64,000 bases of DNA, taken from contig BK006947.3 of assembly GCA_000146045.2 (NCBI GenBank), positions 128,001 to 192,000 on the forward strand, written 5' to 3'. The DNA is from TPA_inf: Saccharomyces (lineage: Eukaryota). The notes beneath the pieces were generated by a model. The model was not told where the DNA came from and searched no databases. It was given only the letters and a program-made list of their open reading frames with translations. Position 1 is the first letter of the stretch. Every line of letters starts with the position of its first letter. Both the position numbers and the translations under genes were made by a program. This document shows, one piece after another, positions 10,095-20,211 of this stretch.

Positions 10095-10549
10095 CAACTA
10101 CATTTTTGTGCAACTTTTGGTACACCGCTACACGTATTGAAAGCGCAAAAGACTATAGCTCCTCCAGCAGGGAAAACTCACATCGGTGGGCAACAACATA
10201 GAATATGTCAAAGTTGTAAAAACACCCACGAGTGCATACCACTTTTCAACATTACCGGGGAAAAAAAAGTTTGCACCTCGTTCCCAGAAACATACGCAGG
10301 AGTGACTGCGCTAGTGACAGATTGCTCTTTCCGTTGGAAAAAGAAACGACTTTTTTTCGCAAAAGTACCCGAAATCCTCGGAATTTTGCAAATAGTCGAT
10401 GATCACAATTGTTAGGTGACTATTTAACAAGGACGGCGAGGAGAACTGAAAAAAAAGCAACCTATCCGGCCTCCTCTAGTTACACAAACAAGACAAAGAA
10501 ATTGCATTGTCTATAACGATAACAAAAGACATCGTATATATATATATAT

Positions 10550-12385
10550 ATGGGCAGGTTTAGTAACATAATAACGTCCAATAAATGGGACGAGAAACAA
10601 AACAACATTGGCGAACAGAGCATGCAGGAATTACCAGAAGACCAGATAGAACATGAGATGGAAGCAATAGATCCAAGTAATAAGACGACCCCATACTCTA
10701 TTGATGAGAAACAGTACAACACAAAAAAGAAGCATGGGTCATTGCAAGGTGGCGCAATTGCTGATGTAAATTCGATAACTAATTCGTTAACAAGATTGCA
10801 AGTTGTCTCTCATGAAACAGATATTAACGAGGATGAAGAAGAAGCCCACTATGAGGATAAACACGTGAAGAGAGCCTTGAAGCAAAGACACATTGGTATG
10901 ATTGCACTAGGTGGTACAATCGGTACTGGTCTTTTCGTTGGTATCTCCACTCCCTTGAGTAATGCTGGCCCTGTGGGGTCCCTGATTGCTTACATTTTCA
11001 TGGGCACCATTGTCTACTTCGTTACCCAGTCACTTGGTGAGATGGCTACGTTTATCCCCGTGACATCATCTATCACTGTCTTTTCGAAGAGGTTCTTATC
11101 ACCTGCATTCGGTGTTTCTAACGGCTACATGTACTGGTTCAATTGGGCTATTACTTATGCTGTGGAGGTTTCTGTCATTGGCCAAGTTATTGAATACTGG
11201 ACAGATAAAGTTCCATTAGCGGCCTGGATTGCGATATTCTGGGTAATTATTACTTTGATGAATTTTTTCCCTGTCAAAGTTTATGGTGAATTTGAGTTCT
11301 GGGTGGCCTCTGTTAAAGTTTTAGCCATTATGGGTTACTTGATATATGCTTTGATTATTGTCTGCGGTGGATCCCACCAGGGCCCTATCGGTTTCAGGTA
11401 CTGGAGAAATCCAGGAGCCTGGGGGCCAGGCATCATCTCCAGTGATAAAAGTGAAGGCCGTTTTCTCGGATGGGTCTCCTCCTTGATTAATGCTGCATTT
11501 ACGTACCAAGGTACTGAACTGGTTGGGATCACCGCTGGTGAAGCGGCTAACCCAAGAAAGACCGTTCCAAGAGCTATCAATAAAGTCGTCTTTAGAATCG
11601 TACTATTCTATATTATGTCTTTGTTCTTTATTGGTCTACTGGTTCCATACAACGATTCCCGTTTATCTGCTAGTTCTGCTGTTATTGCATCATCACCCTT
11701 CGTTATTTCCATTCAAAACGCTGGTACTTATGCTCTTCCAGATATTTTCAACGCCGTGGTGTTGATTACTGTTGTATCTGCCGCTAATTCGAATGTTTAC
11801 GTTGGTTCCCGTGTTCTTTACTCTTTAGCTAGGACTGGTAACGCACCAAAGCAATTTGGATACGTCACCAGACAGGGTGTTCCATATCTCGGTGTTGTTT
11901 GCACTGCTGCATTGGGTCTTTTGGCATTCCTGGTTGTCAATAACAATGCAAACACTGCATTTAACTGGTTGATCAACATTTCCACTTTGGCTGGGTTATG
12001 CGCCTGGTTATTCATCTCTTTGGCACATATTAGGTTCATGCAAGCTTTAAAGCACCGTGGTATTTCTCGTGATGATCTGCCCTTCAAGGCCAAATTGATG
12101 CCTTATGGTGCCTACTACGCAGCCTTTTTTGTCACCGTCATCATATTCATCCAAGGGTTCCAAGCGTTCTGTCCGTTCAAAGTTTCTGAGTTTTTCACAT
12201 CTTACATCTCCTTGATTCTTTTAGCCGTTGTGTTCATTGGTTGCCAGATATACTACAAATGCAGATTTATTTGGAAGCTAGAAGATATTGACATCGATTC
12301 CGACAGAAGAGAAATCGAAGCAATTATTTGGGAAGACGACGAGCCTAAGAATTTATGGGAGAAATTCTGGGCTGCTGTTGCATAG
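10550..12385 (+). CDS. LYP1: Lysine permease, APC/YAT family, 611 aa
   Basis: ATG at 10550 ([16 protein letters not shown]...). 611-aa ORF with 12 predicted TM segments and the [15 protein letters not shown] motif. Paralog of ALP1. Confidence 0.93.
   Translation: MGRFSNIITSNKWDEKQNNIGEQSMQELPEDQIEHEMEAIDPSNKTTPYSIDEKQYNTKKKHGSLQGGAIADVNSITNSLTRLQVVSHETDINEDEEEAHYEDKHVKRALKQRHIGMIALGGTIGTGLFVGISTPLSNAGPVGSLIAYIFMGTIVYFVTQSLGEMATFIPVTSSITVFSKRFLSPAFGVSNGYMYWFNWAITYAVEVSVIGQVIEYWTDKVPLAAWIAIFWVIITLMNFFPVKVYGEFEFWVASVKVLAIMGYLIYALIIVCGGSHQGPIGFRYWRNPGAWGPGIISSDKSEGRFLGWVSSLINAAFTYQGTELVGITAGEAANPRKTVPRAINKVVFRIVLFYIMSLFFIGLLVPYNDSRLSASSAVIASSPFVISIQNAGTYALPDIFNAVVLITVVSAANSNVYVGSRVLYSLARTGNAPKQFGYVTRQGVPYLGVVCTAALGLLAFLVVNNNANTAFNWLINISTLAGLCAWLFISLAHIRFMQALKHRGISRDDLPFKAKLMPYGAYYAAFFVTVIIFIQGFQAFCPFKVSEFFTSYISLILLAVVFIGCQIYYKCRFIWKLEDIDIDSDRREIEAIIWEDDEPKNLWEKFWAAVA
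11388..11559 (+). repeat. LYP1 copy of the ~172-nt segment ~96% identical to ALP1 8768-8940
   Basis: Encodes [57 protein letters not shown]. Synonymous sites are nearly identical to ALP1 only within this tract. Confidence 0.85.
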
Positions 12386-12877
12386 TCACAGAACCTCTTG
12401 CATGCCTTCAAAATAGAAAAAAATAAAAAAATAGACGTTTCATTAATCAAAATAGCCTGTAGAGATTTTGAGGGATTGCCCCAAACTTTATGTATAATAT
12501 CACCACTTATTATTCACTATTCATAGTATGTTACATCATAAGGCCATTGTCACCTTCGGCCAGCGATAGTACTCAAATCTATAATAAATTTTCCATATTA
12601 TCCTTTACGTACTTGATAGCGTGTATAACAGGGTCATTATTCACGATATGTTCAACTGTTGTCATTTTCGTGTTATTGCACTGAAACAAAAGAACCCTAC
12701 CAAAAAATTCGTTAGAGAAAAACTAAAAGTACAAGATCTTATACTGAAGACCCTTCATTTTTTAGGCCCAACTTCTATATTAAGAAGATCCCTGGACCCT
12801 GCTAGAAATTTTCAATTAGCTTATCATTTTTCTTCATTGCGAGCGTTCGTTTTCATTAAGCATTCGTTCTCTTCACT

Positions 12878-15800
12878 ATGCATAAAGCATCCAGTTCAAA
12901 GAAAAGCTTTGATGATACTATTGAACTAAAAAAAAATGAACAATTACTGAAACTGATCAACTCTAGTGAATTCACCCTTCACAATTGTGTGGAGTTACTG
13001 TGCAAACACTCCGAAAATATTGGTATACATTACTATTTATGTCAGAAATTGGCCACATTTCCTCACAGCGAACTACAGTTCTATATTCCCCAACTAGTAC
13101 AGGTCCTCGTCACCATGGAGACAGAATCAATGGCTTTAGAAGATTTACTATTAAGGTTGAGGGCGGAAAACCCTCATTTTGCACTACTGACGTTTTGGCA
13201 GTTACAAGCGTTACTAACGGATTTATCTACTGACCCCGCTTCTTATGGCTTCCAAGTGGCTAGAAGAGTCTTAAACAACTTACAAACCAATCTCTTTAAC
13301 ACAAGTTCAGGTAGCGATAAAAATGTTAAAATACATGAAAACGTTGCACCGGCCTTAGTTCTTTCCTCTATGATAATGTCGGCTATAGCATTCCCCCAAT
13401 TAAGCGAAGTGACCAAACCATTAGTGGAATCTCAAGGTAGAAGACAAAAAGCTTTCGTTTTTAAGTTGGCTAGAAGTGCAATGAAAGATTTTACCAAGAA
13501 CATGACCTTGAAAAATACCCTACTAAACAAGAAAACTTCCAGATCCAAAAGAGTTAGCTCAAATCGCAGTTCAACTCCGACTTCTCCAATAGATTTAATA
13601 GATCCAATAAAAACTAAAGAAGATGCATCCTTCAGGAAATCCAGACATAGTGAGGTAAAATTGGATTTCGACATTGTGGATGATATAGGTAACCAGGTCT
13701 TTGAAGAAAGAATCTCATCTTCAATCAAACTCCCAAAACGTAAACCTAAGTATTTGGATAATTCATACGTTCATAGGACATATGATGGCAAAAATATAAA
13801 CAGGGACGGAAGCATTTCAAATACCGCAAAGGCTCTCGATGGAAATAAAGGTGATTATATTTCTCCAAAGGGACGTAATGATGAAAATAATGAGATTGGT
13901 AACAATGAAGATGAAACTGGTGGTGAAACGGAGGAGGACGCGGACGCTTTAAACTCTGATCACTTCACCAGTTCTATGCCAGATCTGCATAATATTCAAC
14001 CAAGGACTTCTTCTGCTTCATCTGCTTCTTTAGAAGGGACACCTAAGTTAAACAGGACCAATTCCCAACCCCTTTCGCGCCAGGCATTCAAAAACAGTAA
14101 AAAAGCGAATTCTTCTTTGAGTCAAGAAATTGACTTGTCGCAATTATCGACCACTTCAAAAATAAAAATGTTAAAAGCAAATTATTTTCGTTGCGAGACA
14201 CAATTTGCCATTGCGCTAGAAACAATATCTCAAAGGCTAGCTCGAGTACCGACAGAAGCTAGATTGAGTGCCTTACGAGCCGAGTTGTTTCTATTAAACA
14301 GGGACCTACCAGCGGAAGTAGATATCCCCACTTTATTGCCTCCAAATAAAAAAGGAAAGTTACATAAATTAGTGACCATTACTGCTAATGAGGCACAAGT
14401 TTTGAACTCTGCAGAAAAAGTTCCATATTTACTCCTGATAGAATACTTGAGAGACGAATTTGATTTTGACCCAACAAGTGAAACCAATGAAAGATTATTA
14501 AAGAAGATCAGTGGTAATCAGGGAGGCTTGATATTTGATTTAAATTACATGAATAGAAAAGAAAACAACGAAAATAGAAATGAAAGTACTCTTACTAGCA
14601 ACAACACTCGATCTTCGGTATATGATAGTAACTCGTTCAACAACGGGGCCTCCCGCAATGAAGGTCTATCCAGTACCTCAAGAAGTGATTCAGCGTCCAC
14701 AGCTCATGTTAGGACTGAAGTCAATAAAGAGGAAGATTTAGGTGATATGTCAATGGTAAAAGTCAGGAACAGAACGGATGACGAAGCGTATAGAAATGCT
14801 TTAGTAATACAGAGTGCCGCAAATGTTCCAATTTTACCTGATGATAGTCAAGACAGAAGCCCAGAGTTGAACTTTGGCTCAAACTTGGACGAAGTACTCA
14901 TCGAGAATGGAATTAATAGCAAAAATATACATAGCCAAACTGACGCTTTAGCAGACCAGATGAGAGTTTCAGCTGTTATGTTAGCACAATTGGATAAGTC
15001 GCCACAACAGTTATCAGAAAGTACCAAACAAATCCGCGCTCAAATTATTTCATCAATGAAGGAGGTGCAGGATAAATTTGGTTACCATGATTTGGAAGCC
15101 CTTCATGGAATGGCAGGTGAGAGAAAATTGGAAAACGATTTAATGACGGGTGGTATTGACACTTCATATCTAGGTGAAGATTGGGCTACCAAGAAAGAGA
15201 GGATACGTAAAACTTCGGAATATGGCCATTTCGAAAACTGGGATTTATGTTCTGTAATCGCCAAGACGGGTGATGATTTGAGACAGGAGGCGTTTGCATA
15301 CCAGATGATTCAAGCGATGGCCAATATTTGGGTTAAAGAAAAAGTTGACGTTTGGGTTAAAAGAATGAAAATTTTAATTACTAGTGCGAATACGGGACTT
15401 GTGGAGACCATCACAAATGCTATGTCTGTGCATAGTATTAAAAAGGCTTTAACCAAAAAAATGATTGAAGATGCAGAACTAGATGACAAGGGTGGTATTG
15501 CCTCTTTGAATGATCACTTCCTTAGAGCTTTTGGTAATCCTAATGGATTTAAGTATAGAAGAGCACAAGACAACTTTGCTTCTTCGTTAGCCGCATATTC
15601 TGTCATTTGCTATCTCTTGCAGGTTAAAGATAGACACAACGGTAACATTATGATCGATAACGAAGGCCATGTAAGTCACATCGATTTTGGATTTATGCTA
15701 TCAAATTCACCCGGCTCAGTGGGCTTTGAGGCCGCACCATTCAAATTAACTTACGAATATATTGAACTGCTAGGCGGAGTAGAGGGAGAAGCGTTTAAAA

Positions 15801-16078
15801 AGTTTGTTGAACTAACTAAAAGTTCGTTCAAGGCTCTGAGAAAGTATGCTGATCAAATCGTATCAATGTGTGAGATTATGCAAAAGGACAATATGCAGCC
15901 TTGTTTCGATGCTGGCGAACAAACAAGTGTACAACTACGACAAAGGTTCCAATTGGACTTATCAGAAAAAGAAGTTGATGACTTCGTAGAAAATTTCTTG
16001 ATAGGTAAATCTTTGGGTAGTATTTACACCAGAATATACGACCAATTTCAACTTATTACACAGGGTATATATAGCTGA
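12878..16078 (+). CDS. PIK1: Phosphatidylinositol 4-kinase Pik1, 1066 aa, C-terminal PI3K/PI4K catalytic domain
   Basis: 1066-aa ORF with ATG at 12878. Lipid-kinase catalytic motifs (DRHNGNIMID, HIDFGFML) near the C-terminus; N-terminus MHKASSSKKSFDDTIELKK. Confidence 0.93.
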   Translation: MHKASSSKKSFDDTIELKKNEQLLKLINSSEFTLHNCVELLCKHSENIGIHYYLCQKLATFPHSELQFYIPQLVQVLVTMETESMALEDLLLRLRAENPHFALLTFWQLQALLTDLSTDPASYGFQVARRVLNNLQTNLFNTSSGSDKNVKIHENVAPALVLSSMIMSAIAFPQLSEVTKPLVESQGRRQKAFVFKLARSAMKDFTKNMTLKNTLLNKKTSRSKRVSSNRSSTPTSPIDLIDPIKTKEDASFRKSRHSEVKLDFDIVDDIGNQVFEERISSSIKLPKRKPKYLDNSYVHRTYDGKNINRDGSISNTAKALDGNKGDYISPKGRNDENNEIGNNEDETGGETEEDADALNSDHFTSSMPDLHNIQPRTSSASSASLEGTPKLNRTNSQPLSRQAFKNSKKANSSLSQEIDLSQLSTTSKIKMLKANYFRCETQFAIALETISQRLARVPTEARLSALRAELFLLNRDLPAEVDIPTLLPPNKKGKLHKLVTITANEAQVLNSAEKVPYLLLIEYLRDEFDFDPTSETNERLLKKISGNQGGLIFDLNYMNRKENNENRNESTLTSNNTRSSVYDSNSFNNGASRNEGLSSTSRSDSASTAHVRTEVNKEEDLGDMSMVKVRNRTDDEAYRNALVIQSAANVPILPDDSQDRSPELNFGSNLDEVLIENGINSKNIHSQTDALADQMRVSAVMLAQLDKSPQQLSESTKQIRAQIISSMKEVQDKFGYHDLEALHGMAGERKLENDLMTGGIDTSYLGEDWATKKERIRKTSEYGHFENWDLCSVIAKTGDDLRQEAFAYQMIQAMANIWVKEKVDVWVKRMKILITSANTGLVETITNAMSVHSIKKALTKKMIEDAELDDKGGIASLNDHFLRAFGNPNGFKYRRAQDNFASSLAAYSVICYLLQVKDRHNGNIMIDNEGHVSHIDFGFMLSNSPGSVGFEAAPFKLTYEYIELLGGVEGEAFKKFVELTKSSFKALRKYADQIVSMCEIMQKDNMQPCFDAGEQTSVQLRQRFQLDLSEKEVDDFVENFLIGKSLGSIYTRIYDQFQLITQGIYS

Positions 16079-16279
16079 GAAGGAAAATAGCTGTGACAGA
16101 ACTGGAAAAACAATTTGCAAATGTCCGGAGAACAAAAAAATTGGAATTTTAGTAAAAGGAATATACATATATTTATTTATTGCCGAGAATAATAGAGCAG
16201 CTGACTCAGAAAAAGCAAGGTAAAAGAATGAGAGTAAAATAAATATGTGGTTAATTAACCATACATATAAATTATTATC

Positions 16280-17281
16280 TTATTTTCTGCGTAAAGCGTC
16301 AAACCGTTTCTTCAACTCATCTAGTTCATCATTTTCTTGCTCCTTCTTAGTCTTTCTTTTTGTAGTTTTCTTTTCTGATTGTTTCTTTTCGATCACTTCC
16401 TTTTTGATATCTTTCGGAATCTTGAGCTCGTTCTTGATATTTTCACTATTCTGCCTAGGCTTTTTAACAGTGATAGGGTGTTTAGCATCTGCATTGTCAT
16501 TATCGTCATTATCTAAGGCTAAAATAGGCTTTTCTTCGTCATTATCCTCGATATCTCCCGAGGGGTCACTAAAGTCTGAAGAAATGTTAGAAGACGACGA
16601 AGATAAGGAATTCTCCAGCTTACTATATGGCACATCGTATGTTTTCGCGATTTCCTTCAAATAAAGATCAACTAGTTCTTCTTTTGGAACTGAGGGAGAG
16701 CATTTTTTTATAATCTTTTCAGGGACATCGATATGATCTGCTATTACTCCATTAACAAACTCAACGTTTATTTTCCAGGCCATCAAATCTTTCAATTGGC
16801 TAAGTTCTTTGACTTCATCAACGAAAAGAATCGCATAGATTAGGGATCTGATAGCTTCGTTAATACCATCATCCATATGCTCTTTGACAAGCTGTTCCTC
16901 GGTGGAGATATCGTTTATTACCTGCACTCTAGCCAGTAGTAATTCACAATATAGTTCCAATATCTCTAGTAGCTCAATATGAATATCGTCATGAATTAGC
17001 GTCTCCACACGATAATGCGCCTTCTGTTCTTTATTTGTCAGTAACAGTTGTGCAACCTGTCTTCGAGACTGCTTTGCAATCGCCTGTTGCTTTTCTTGAG
17101 CATATCTTAACCTTTGAATACACATTTTCAGGCATGTTTTAAGCTTGATCTATAACAATAATTTGGATGATAGTTTTACCCTTCTTCAGTTAGTACATCC
17201 TAGATCTTTTGCATACTAAAGCTTTTTAAAAATTACTATAAAATATAAACATACAGTGAACGGAATCATTGACGGAGCCAT
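16280..17281 (-). CDS. IST1: Ist1 (ESCRT-III-related MVB sorting factor), 298 aa. Spliced CDS: exon 1 17255..17281 (9 codons, MAPSMIPFT), intron 17150..17254, exon 2 16280..17149
   Basis: The track ORF begins at internal Met (MCIQRL...). Upstream on the minus strand there is a 3' AG, a TACTAAC branch point (plus gttagta 17189-17195), a 5' GTATGT (plus acatac 17249-17254) and an ATG at 17279-17281. Joining the exons gives MAPSMIPFT|IKLKTCLKMCIQRL..., totalling 298 aa. Confidence 0.88.
17150..17254 (-). other. IST1: Spliceosomal intron of IST1 (105 nt), 5'-proximal
   Basis: GTATGT 5' splice site, TACTAAC branch point and TATAG 3' splice site on the minus strand. Splicing restores the reading frame and the known N-terminus. 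Confidence 0.85.
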
Positions 17282-17562
17282 TTTTAGTTGTCGTATTCTC
17301 TTATCTATCTTCTATGTTGACTAGTTCTGATTGATTAGCTGGAACTAATAGTATATATAATTTTCACACCCTTTGGAATTCAGAAGGCGTTTTTTTTTTC
17401 ATGAAACAAAACAATAGAGTGCGGATAGCCGATTCAGTTGATTCTAAAAGTATATAAAATGCGATAAGCGCATAAGCAGCCATTATAAACGTACATCTGA
17501 GTCTAGATATATACGTTTGTGTAGCGGGAAACGTTAAAAAAAAAAATCTTAATTATAGTTTA

Positions 17563-18615
17563 TCAAATGACCATATCAACAGGATATTTTAATTCGTCAT
17601 GTTGGCCCTTGGTGTCATATTCACTTAATCCGACAATGCCTCCAAACTTTAAAAATCTATCAAAACGTTTCAATCGTAAATCGTCAACTTTCTTAACCAT
17701 ATCTGGCCAATAGACTTCATGTTTATACTTGAAGTCTAACAGACCATTGTATAGAGCATCTAGTTGAGATGGCTCTATGTGGTTTTCAAATGGTTCGTCA
17801 AAGATAGCCTTCGCCTTAGTGGCAGGGTCAAGGAACGGATACATCATCTTCAAAAAAGCCCACGCAAACCATGGGATATTGATCAGGACACACTTAGCTA
17901 ACCTTTCAGGGTAATGATCTTGCATGACGTTCAAACACATCCTAGCAATAGAGATGGGTGGAGCTTTATCAGTGATAATACCAGGTTCTTTATAACTTTT
18001 GAAATCTACCAAGACTGTGATCTTTTCTACACCTTGGGGAGCTACAGTTGTCGCAGTTTCCATCATGTAGACTAATTCTTGGACTTGTCTAAAGGAAGAT
18101 TCTGTGTTTTGACGACCATTTTTCATGTAGTATAGAGGTCTTTTAGCGTTGTCAAAGCCCAAAATAACCTGTTTACCAGTTTCGTTCTCAACGGCAACTT
18201 TGTCAGCTGTTAAAGGGTCTTTGTCCTCCTTACCATGTGTAAGTCCAATTTCTCTCCTCCATACCAAGGTTTTGGTGAGACCTTTTATGGCGTTCGCGGT
18301 GTTCCATTTATTGGCTCTTAGGTATCTTAGAAAACACTCCCTAGAAAGCCAAAACTTCTCCCAATCACTCAAGGGTCTGTCATTGGCATGTGTCCCATTG
18401 TCAAGGTCATTGAGATTTTCTGGTAATTTCAGATCATCATCTTGAAAATGTCGTAAGACAGCTCTATATTTTTCGTTTTGATCTTCGGAGATGGGTTCCA
18501 GTAGAGGTGCGTTACCATACTTGGCAGGAGGGTCCAAGAATATCTTATCACATGGAATAAGTTTCTCTTTAGGCACAGCAGGCGTATGGTCCCGTTTTCT
18601 TGAAAAAAGACCCAT
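17563..18615 (-). CDS. PDR17: Sec14-family phosphatidylinositol transfer protein Pdr17/Sfh4, 350 aa
   Basis: CRAL-TRIO/Sec14 homology. The track ORF (370 aa) starts at a TTG (caa 18673-18675). The first in-frame ATG (cat 18613-18615, MGLFSRKRDHTP...) gives 350 aa. Confidence 0.9.
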   Translation of the reverse strand: MGLFSRKRDHTPAVPKEKLIPCDKIFLDPPAKYGNAPLLEPISEDQNEKYRAVLRHFQDDDLKLPENLNDLDNGTHANDRPLSDWEKFWLSRECFLRYLRANKWNTANAIKGLTKTLVWRREIGLTHGKEDKDPLTADKVAVENETGKQVILGFDNAKRPLYYMKNGRQNTESSFRQVQELVYMMETATTVAPQGVEKITVLVDFKSYKEPGIITDKAPPISIARMCLNVMQDHYPERLAKCVLINIPWFAWAFLKMMYPFLDPATKAKAIFDEPFENHIEPSQLDALYNGLLDFKYKHEVYWPDMVKKVDDLRLKRFDRFLKFGGIVGLSEYDTKGQHDELKYPVDMVI

Positions 18616-18895
18616 TTTTGTTCTTCTTCTTGTGCTTTCTTTGTGTGATTTTTCAGGGTCTTTTTTTTTAAACAATGATGTAAATTAAATCTATCTAAAA
18701 AGCGTGATTTTTCCCACGAATTTTAATCCCTCTATTGTTCTCTTTCCACTCCATATTGAGTGAAAGGAAAAATAAGAAAAGTAAATAGAAAATTTATGAC
18801 GTAGGAATAAAAGTATATAAGTATTTAACAAATTGACCGTAGATAATAATAATGCGCATGAAATTAAATCCTCTCTTTGATCTCTTCAATCAAGA

Positions 18896-19840
18896 TCAAC
18901 CCATTAACCACATTAGAACATTTTGCCAAATGAAGCCATAGACGAATAGGAAGTAATTGCACTTCTTGACGGTCGATTTGCTGATGGAAACGTGTATATC
19001 ATCGTCTTCAGCACCGGAGCGGCTTAGTAAATTGAACTTGACGGATCTTAGTAGGAATACGCCAAAGGCAATAAATAAGTAAAATTTTATCAAAATATTC
19101 AGGTTAAATGGCATGGTCACGTTGGTCAAAAGCTGGGCGAGAATCAATGGAACAAATTTGTAGCCGACATAGCACAACAGTTCGACCAAACTGAAGCTTG
19201 GAATCTTAGAATCGATCAAAAGATACAAGCCAAGCTTCAAAATCAACAAATCTAAACACACAAACGCCAGAGTAGAAGACAGTTTGTAGTACAAGTCTTC
19301 GGGGTTGAATGAACCCTTCAGACCTTGCTGCGTATTCCAGATGAGAATATAGGTAACTAGTCCCATAATAGGCATGTACATGTCTGGGGAGTTCACGTCA
19401 TCCCTTGGTGGCAAAAAGTTGCCAGAGTCCATAATTCGTTGCCAGTTCTTGGTTCCGTTAAGAAAAGGAACTAGGATGAGTTTCAATTTATTGATGACAT
19501 AACGGGTGCTGACTTGAAAATACGTTGAAATTTGTTGAGAGCCGGCAGCGTTTGCAGTGGCTTTATTGACCGTTTCTTGAAACTGGTTAAAGTTATCCTG
19601 ACCAATAAAATTAGAAAATGCGCTCTGCCCTAGTTGGAATGCCATCGAACCACGAGGATCTTGGAATGGAAAACCACCGCCACTGCCATTTACGTTTGCA
19701 TTCATATTCGCATTACCTTGGCCATTCACGGGCGTGTTCCTCGGAATTTGCATTGGTCGTTGCTGTTGTGGAGTGTGGGAAAAGCGATCGTTAACGCCAT
19801 TCTGCTCACTTGTTGCATATGCGTACGGATTATAAGACAT
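18896..19840 (-). CDS. YIF1: Yif1, Golgi integral membrane protein (Yip1-interacting factor), 314 aa
   Basis: ATG start (cat 19838-19840). MSYNPYAYATSEQNGVND... with a Q/N-rich N-terminus and a C-terminal multi-TM region; 314 aa. Confidence 0.9.
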   Translation of the reverse strand: MSYNPYAYATSEQNGVNDRFSHTPQQQRPMQIPRNTPVNGQGNANMNANVNGSGGGFPFQDPRGSMAFQLGQSAFSNFIGQDNFNQFQETVNKATANAAGSQQISTYFQVSTRYVINKLKLILVPFLNGTKNWQRIMDSGNFLPPRDDVNSPDMYMPIMGLVTYILIWNTQQGLKGSFNPEDLYYKLSSTLAFVCLDLLILKLGLYLLIDSKIPSFSLVELLCYVGYKFVPLILAQLLTNVTMPFNLNILIKFYLFIAFGVFLLRSVKFNLLSRSGAEDDDIHVSISKSTVKKCNYFLFVYGFIWQNVLMWLMG

Positions 19841-20086
19841 CTTGGTATGGGCCTTTGGTTTTCGTTTTCTGCTATTGATACTCAGTAGCGAGGTCTTACA
19901 ATCGAAAAGTCAAAAAGATGAGTTGTAGTATAAAACAACAGCTCTGGTGTGCAATATGGATCTTGATACAGAGTCTCGGATATGCTGTTTTAGCACTGAG
20001 AAAAAGTAATAGTAACACTGTCAGTGTTCGTCAAAGGCCCAAGTTTATTGTCATTTGAATTGTCAGAATGGTTTATTTTCAGGTAG

Positions 20087-20092
20087 GGTAAC
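20087..20092. promoter_or_regulatory. MCB (MluI cell-cycle box, ACGCGT) in the POL2 promoter, ~120 bp upstream of the ATG
   Basis: Exact ACGCGT hexamer in the YIF1-POL2 divergent intergenic region. DNA-replication genes such as POL2 are classically MBF/MCB-regulated at G1/S. Confidence 0.6.
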
Positions 20093-20211
20093 CAGAACGC
20101 GTAAGTTTCTTGCATCTTTTACCATTTTAACTGGAAGAGGACCTATCAAAAAGAGCATATGATGATGAAAGAGCACATTCTATCAAGATAACACTCTCAG
20201 GGGACAAGTAT

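Noticed and set aside
8349-11580. Antisense ORFs inside ALP1 (8349..8720 +) and LYP1 (11321..11509 -, 11335..11580 -)
   Set aside because: They overlap conserved permease coding sequence on the opposite strand and have no independent support.
16245-16664. 139-aa plus-strand ORF antisense to IST1
   Set aside because: Entirely contained within the IST1 coding exon on the opposite strand. It is low-complexity and S/F/L-rich with no domain. It corresponds to a dubious ORF (YNL266W-type) and is not a real gene.
17563-18675. N-terminal extensions in the ORF track for PDR17 (+20 aa), ORC5 (27040, +20), LTO1 (29536, +27), DSL1 (32418, +15), FOL1 (36434, +63), GIS2 (39850, +20), CysRS (54848, +9) and SUI1 (59571, +25)
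   Set aside because: I checked each start codon: all are TTG or GTG (e.g. caa at 18673-18675; ttg at 27040, 36434; gtg at 54848; cac at 59569-59571), so the ORF finder allows non-ATG starts. Protein lengths from the first in-frame ATG match the known products. The FOL1 extension would also begin only 114 bp from the divergent SIP3 ATG.
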